A stretch of DNA of 63,657 nucleotides, counting the filler, from Xylographa opegraphella (taxonomy: Eukaryota): assembly GCA_022813865.1 (NCBI GenBank). It is 3 parts of 3 records of this genome, joined end to end, with 100 filler letters (N's around TTAATTAATTAA, not from the genome) between each part and the next. Parts side by side here need not be neighbours in the genome. Positions count along the whole stretch, not along the records: positions 47,871 to 63,657 come from JALDZX010000148.1; 2 more parts are not named here. One strand, written 5' to 3'. Below the pieces are notes generated by a model. The model did no database searches. It saw nothing but the letters and a program-made list of their open reading frames with translations, and was not told the DNA's origin. The position numbers and the translations under genes are program-made. The number at the start of each line of letters is the position of its first letter. Position 1 is the stretch's first letter. Positions 62,069-63,657 of this stretch are shown here, piece after piece.

Positions 62069-63595
62069 GAAGAGTTCCTCGGTCCGTGCACGGTCCCACT
62101 CAATGCACGCCTCTATCGAAAATCCACCACCACACTAAATTTCGAATCACACCACAACCATTGCATATATAGAGCTCAAATTCATACAGTAGATAGATTG
62201 AATTAATATTAAAATATTTGACTATTTATATTGCTGCCCGAATCGTACTGATAGCTTCCGTGGTCTCCCCAGCCTTCCCACCTTAATATCCACCCACTCC
62301 TCCTCGACAGCAATTTCTTCAACCAAAGCCACCTTTTTTTGTACTAATATGGCGGGAGTCTTTTTCTTACGCCCCTTGGTTCGCTCTTTAAAGCCGCTTT
62401 GAATTTATTATACAGCCTGCTTAGCAAGCTTTGCCTTTTCTTTGGCAGCCCTTTTTTCCGCCGATTCTTGCGCCTTCTGGATTCGAGCATTTTCCTTATC
62501 AAGCTTCCTCTAGGCCACCTCTGCAGCCTTGGCTTTCTTTTGTATCAGTCTCTTTTGCTTTTCGATCGCTTTCTGTTCTGTTTGTATAGTCTTCTTATCG
62601 TCCTTAAGGATAACAAGCTCTCGAGCCTGCCGTATTTTAGCTGGGCTAAAGAACACGGCCTTTGAATCATCATCTCTTAGCGCATTAAACATTGGCTTAC
62701 CACGCTTTCTTCTCTTCTTTTCGATAAATACTGCCCTTCTAAGACCTTCATTTTCTGCTTCTAGGATTGAGACTTTTGCTGCAAACTGTTCAAGAGTGTT
62801 TCAGATCTTTCGGACTTCTATTCCAAGTACATTACCAACTGCTACCTTAAGAAGGCGATTTACCTTGATCCAATCGGTATCCGAGAGGGTTGTAAAGCTT
62901 ACAGAGCCACTAGAATGAGGTCTTATCGGCTCTTTGACTTGAAGCTGGCCTAGAACCTCTTCTAGATTGAAAGGAGACAGGCCAGTCTTCAACCACCCAC
63001 TTGCTATGTTCTCTTGGCTGAACGCCCGTACATAAACAGGCCAAAACAAGCTAAAAAAGTGTCTTTTATTTAGCTTACACAGCCCTTGTGTTTTATGGAT
63101 CCATATGCTTAGTTCTTATAAGTAATAATTTGCCAAGGGATTAAACAAGCTCACATCCAGTGGCTGTAGCCGATAAGTTGAATGTGGAGGATACACGGCC
63201 AAAAGAATCTTATATTAATTATACTACTCTATGAACTTCATATTCATATGGCTGCCGTGTCCATCAACCAGTAAAAGCCTAAAATCTCTCCCAAGGCGTG
63301 CCTTGCTCTTGGTATGCCGGTCAAATACCTTAGTTAATTAAAAGAATCCCAAGAAATCGTTGGTCCAACCAGTAGAAAAGGATGCAAAATAAACTTTTTC
63401 AGTTTTAAAATTATTTAACCAGGAGTCTTCAAGGTTGTTTGCTGCGCCTTAGTAAATAACGATTGATAGGAAATAGGATCCATCCATACAGATCGTAGCC
63501 ATGACTGTAATCCACTCCCTGTTTCCATCTTAATCAGTACCCCTTAATTCAGTGTGTTTAAACACTACCCTTTTACTTTTCTGAAGGACACCAAT
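62069..63595 (-). mobile_element. pogo/Fot1-like DNA transposon, DDE transposase pseudogene with premature stops
   Basis: Minus-strand GNREWITVMATIC.DG, LLVDGHGSH, YPPHSTYRLQPLDV, IASGWLKTGLSPFN, K/R-rich tail; TIR-like end near 62070; several in-frame TAA. Confidence 0.9.
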
Positions 63596-63657
63596 TGTTA
63601 AGGTTCAGGCCAGAACCGGGTGAGCTCGGCGCGGAGGAACCCTAACGCGGCGGCTGC
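63596..63657. mobile_element. Start of an LTR (family D) inserted in the pogo transposase
   Basis: Begins TGTTAAGGTTC and interrupts the transposase frame. Confidence 0.65.

Overview
Fungal (filamentous ascomycete, Pezizomycotina-type) genomic DNA with a two-compartment layout. About 15 mostly spliced protein genes lie in three gene-rich islands (~0.4-23.1 kb, 36.7-46.2 kb, 49.2-55.5 kb): SH3-DOCK GEF, UCH deubiquitinase, mitoribosomal mL41, UTP14, SDR, BTB, WDR62-like, two His-rich paralogs, NBP35, CHO2, neutral ceramidase, PKA regulatory subunit, EFM5 and one small hypothetical. They are separated by very AT-rich, RIP-like blocks (~23.5-36.4 kb, 47.3-48.9 kb, 55.8-62.0 kb) of nested transposon relics: a full-length Ty3/gypsy chromovirus, unmutated solo LTRs, a ~700-bp TIR element with palindromic subterminal arrays, an unclassified large element (family X) and a lightly mutated pogo/Fot1 transposon. 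Two 100-bp N44-TTAATTAATTAA-N44 spacers show the window is three contigs joined artificially, so long-range arrangements need care. Best leads: (i) the same ~67-bp family X terminus occurs in inverted orientation at 62-128 and 55774-55841, each beside TACCTTAA, a motif also frequent in intergenic DNA; (ii) a head-to-head pair of distant His-rich paralogs; (iii) two solo-LTR families that co-occur twice, one with an identical TSD. No novel system is proven from sequence alone. Coordinates and splice sites were read by eye.
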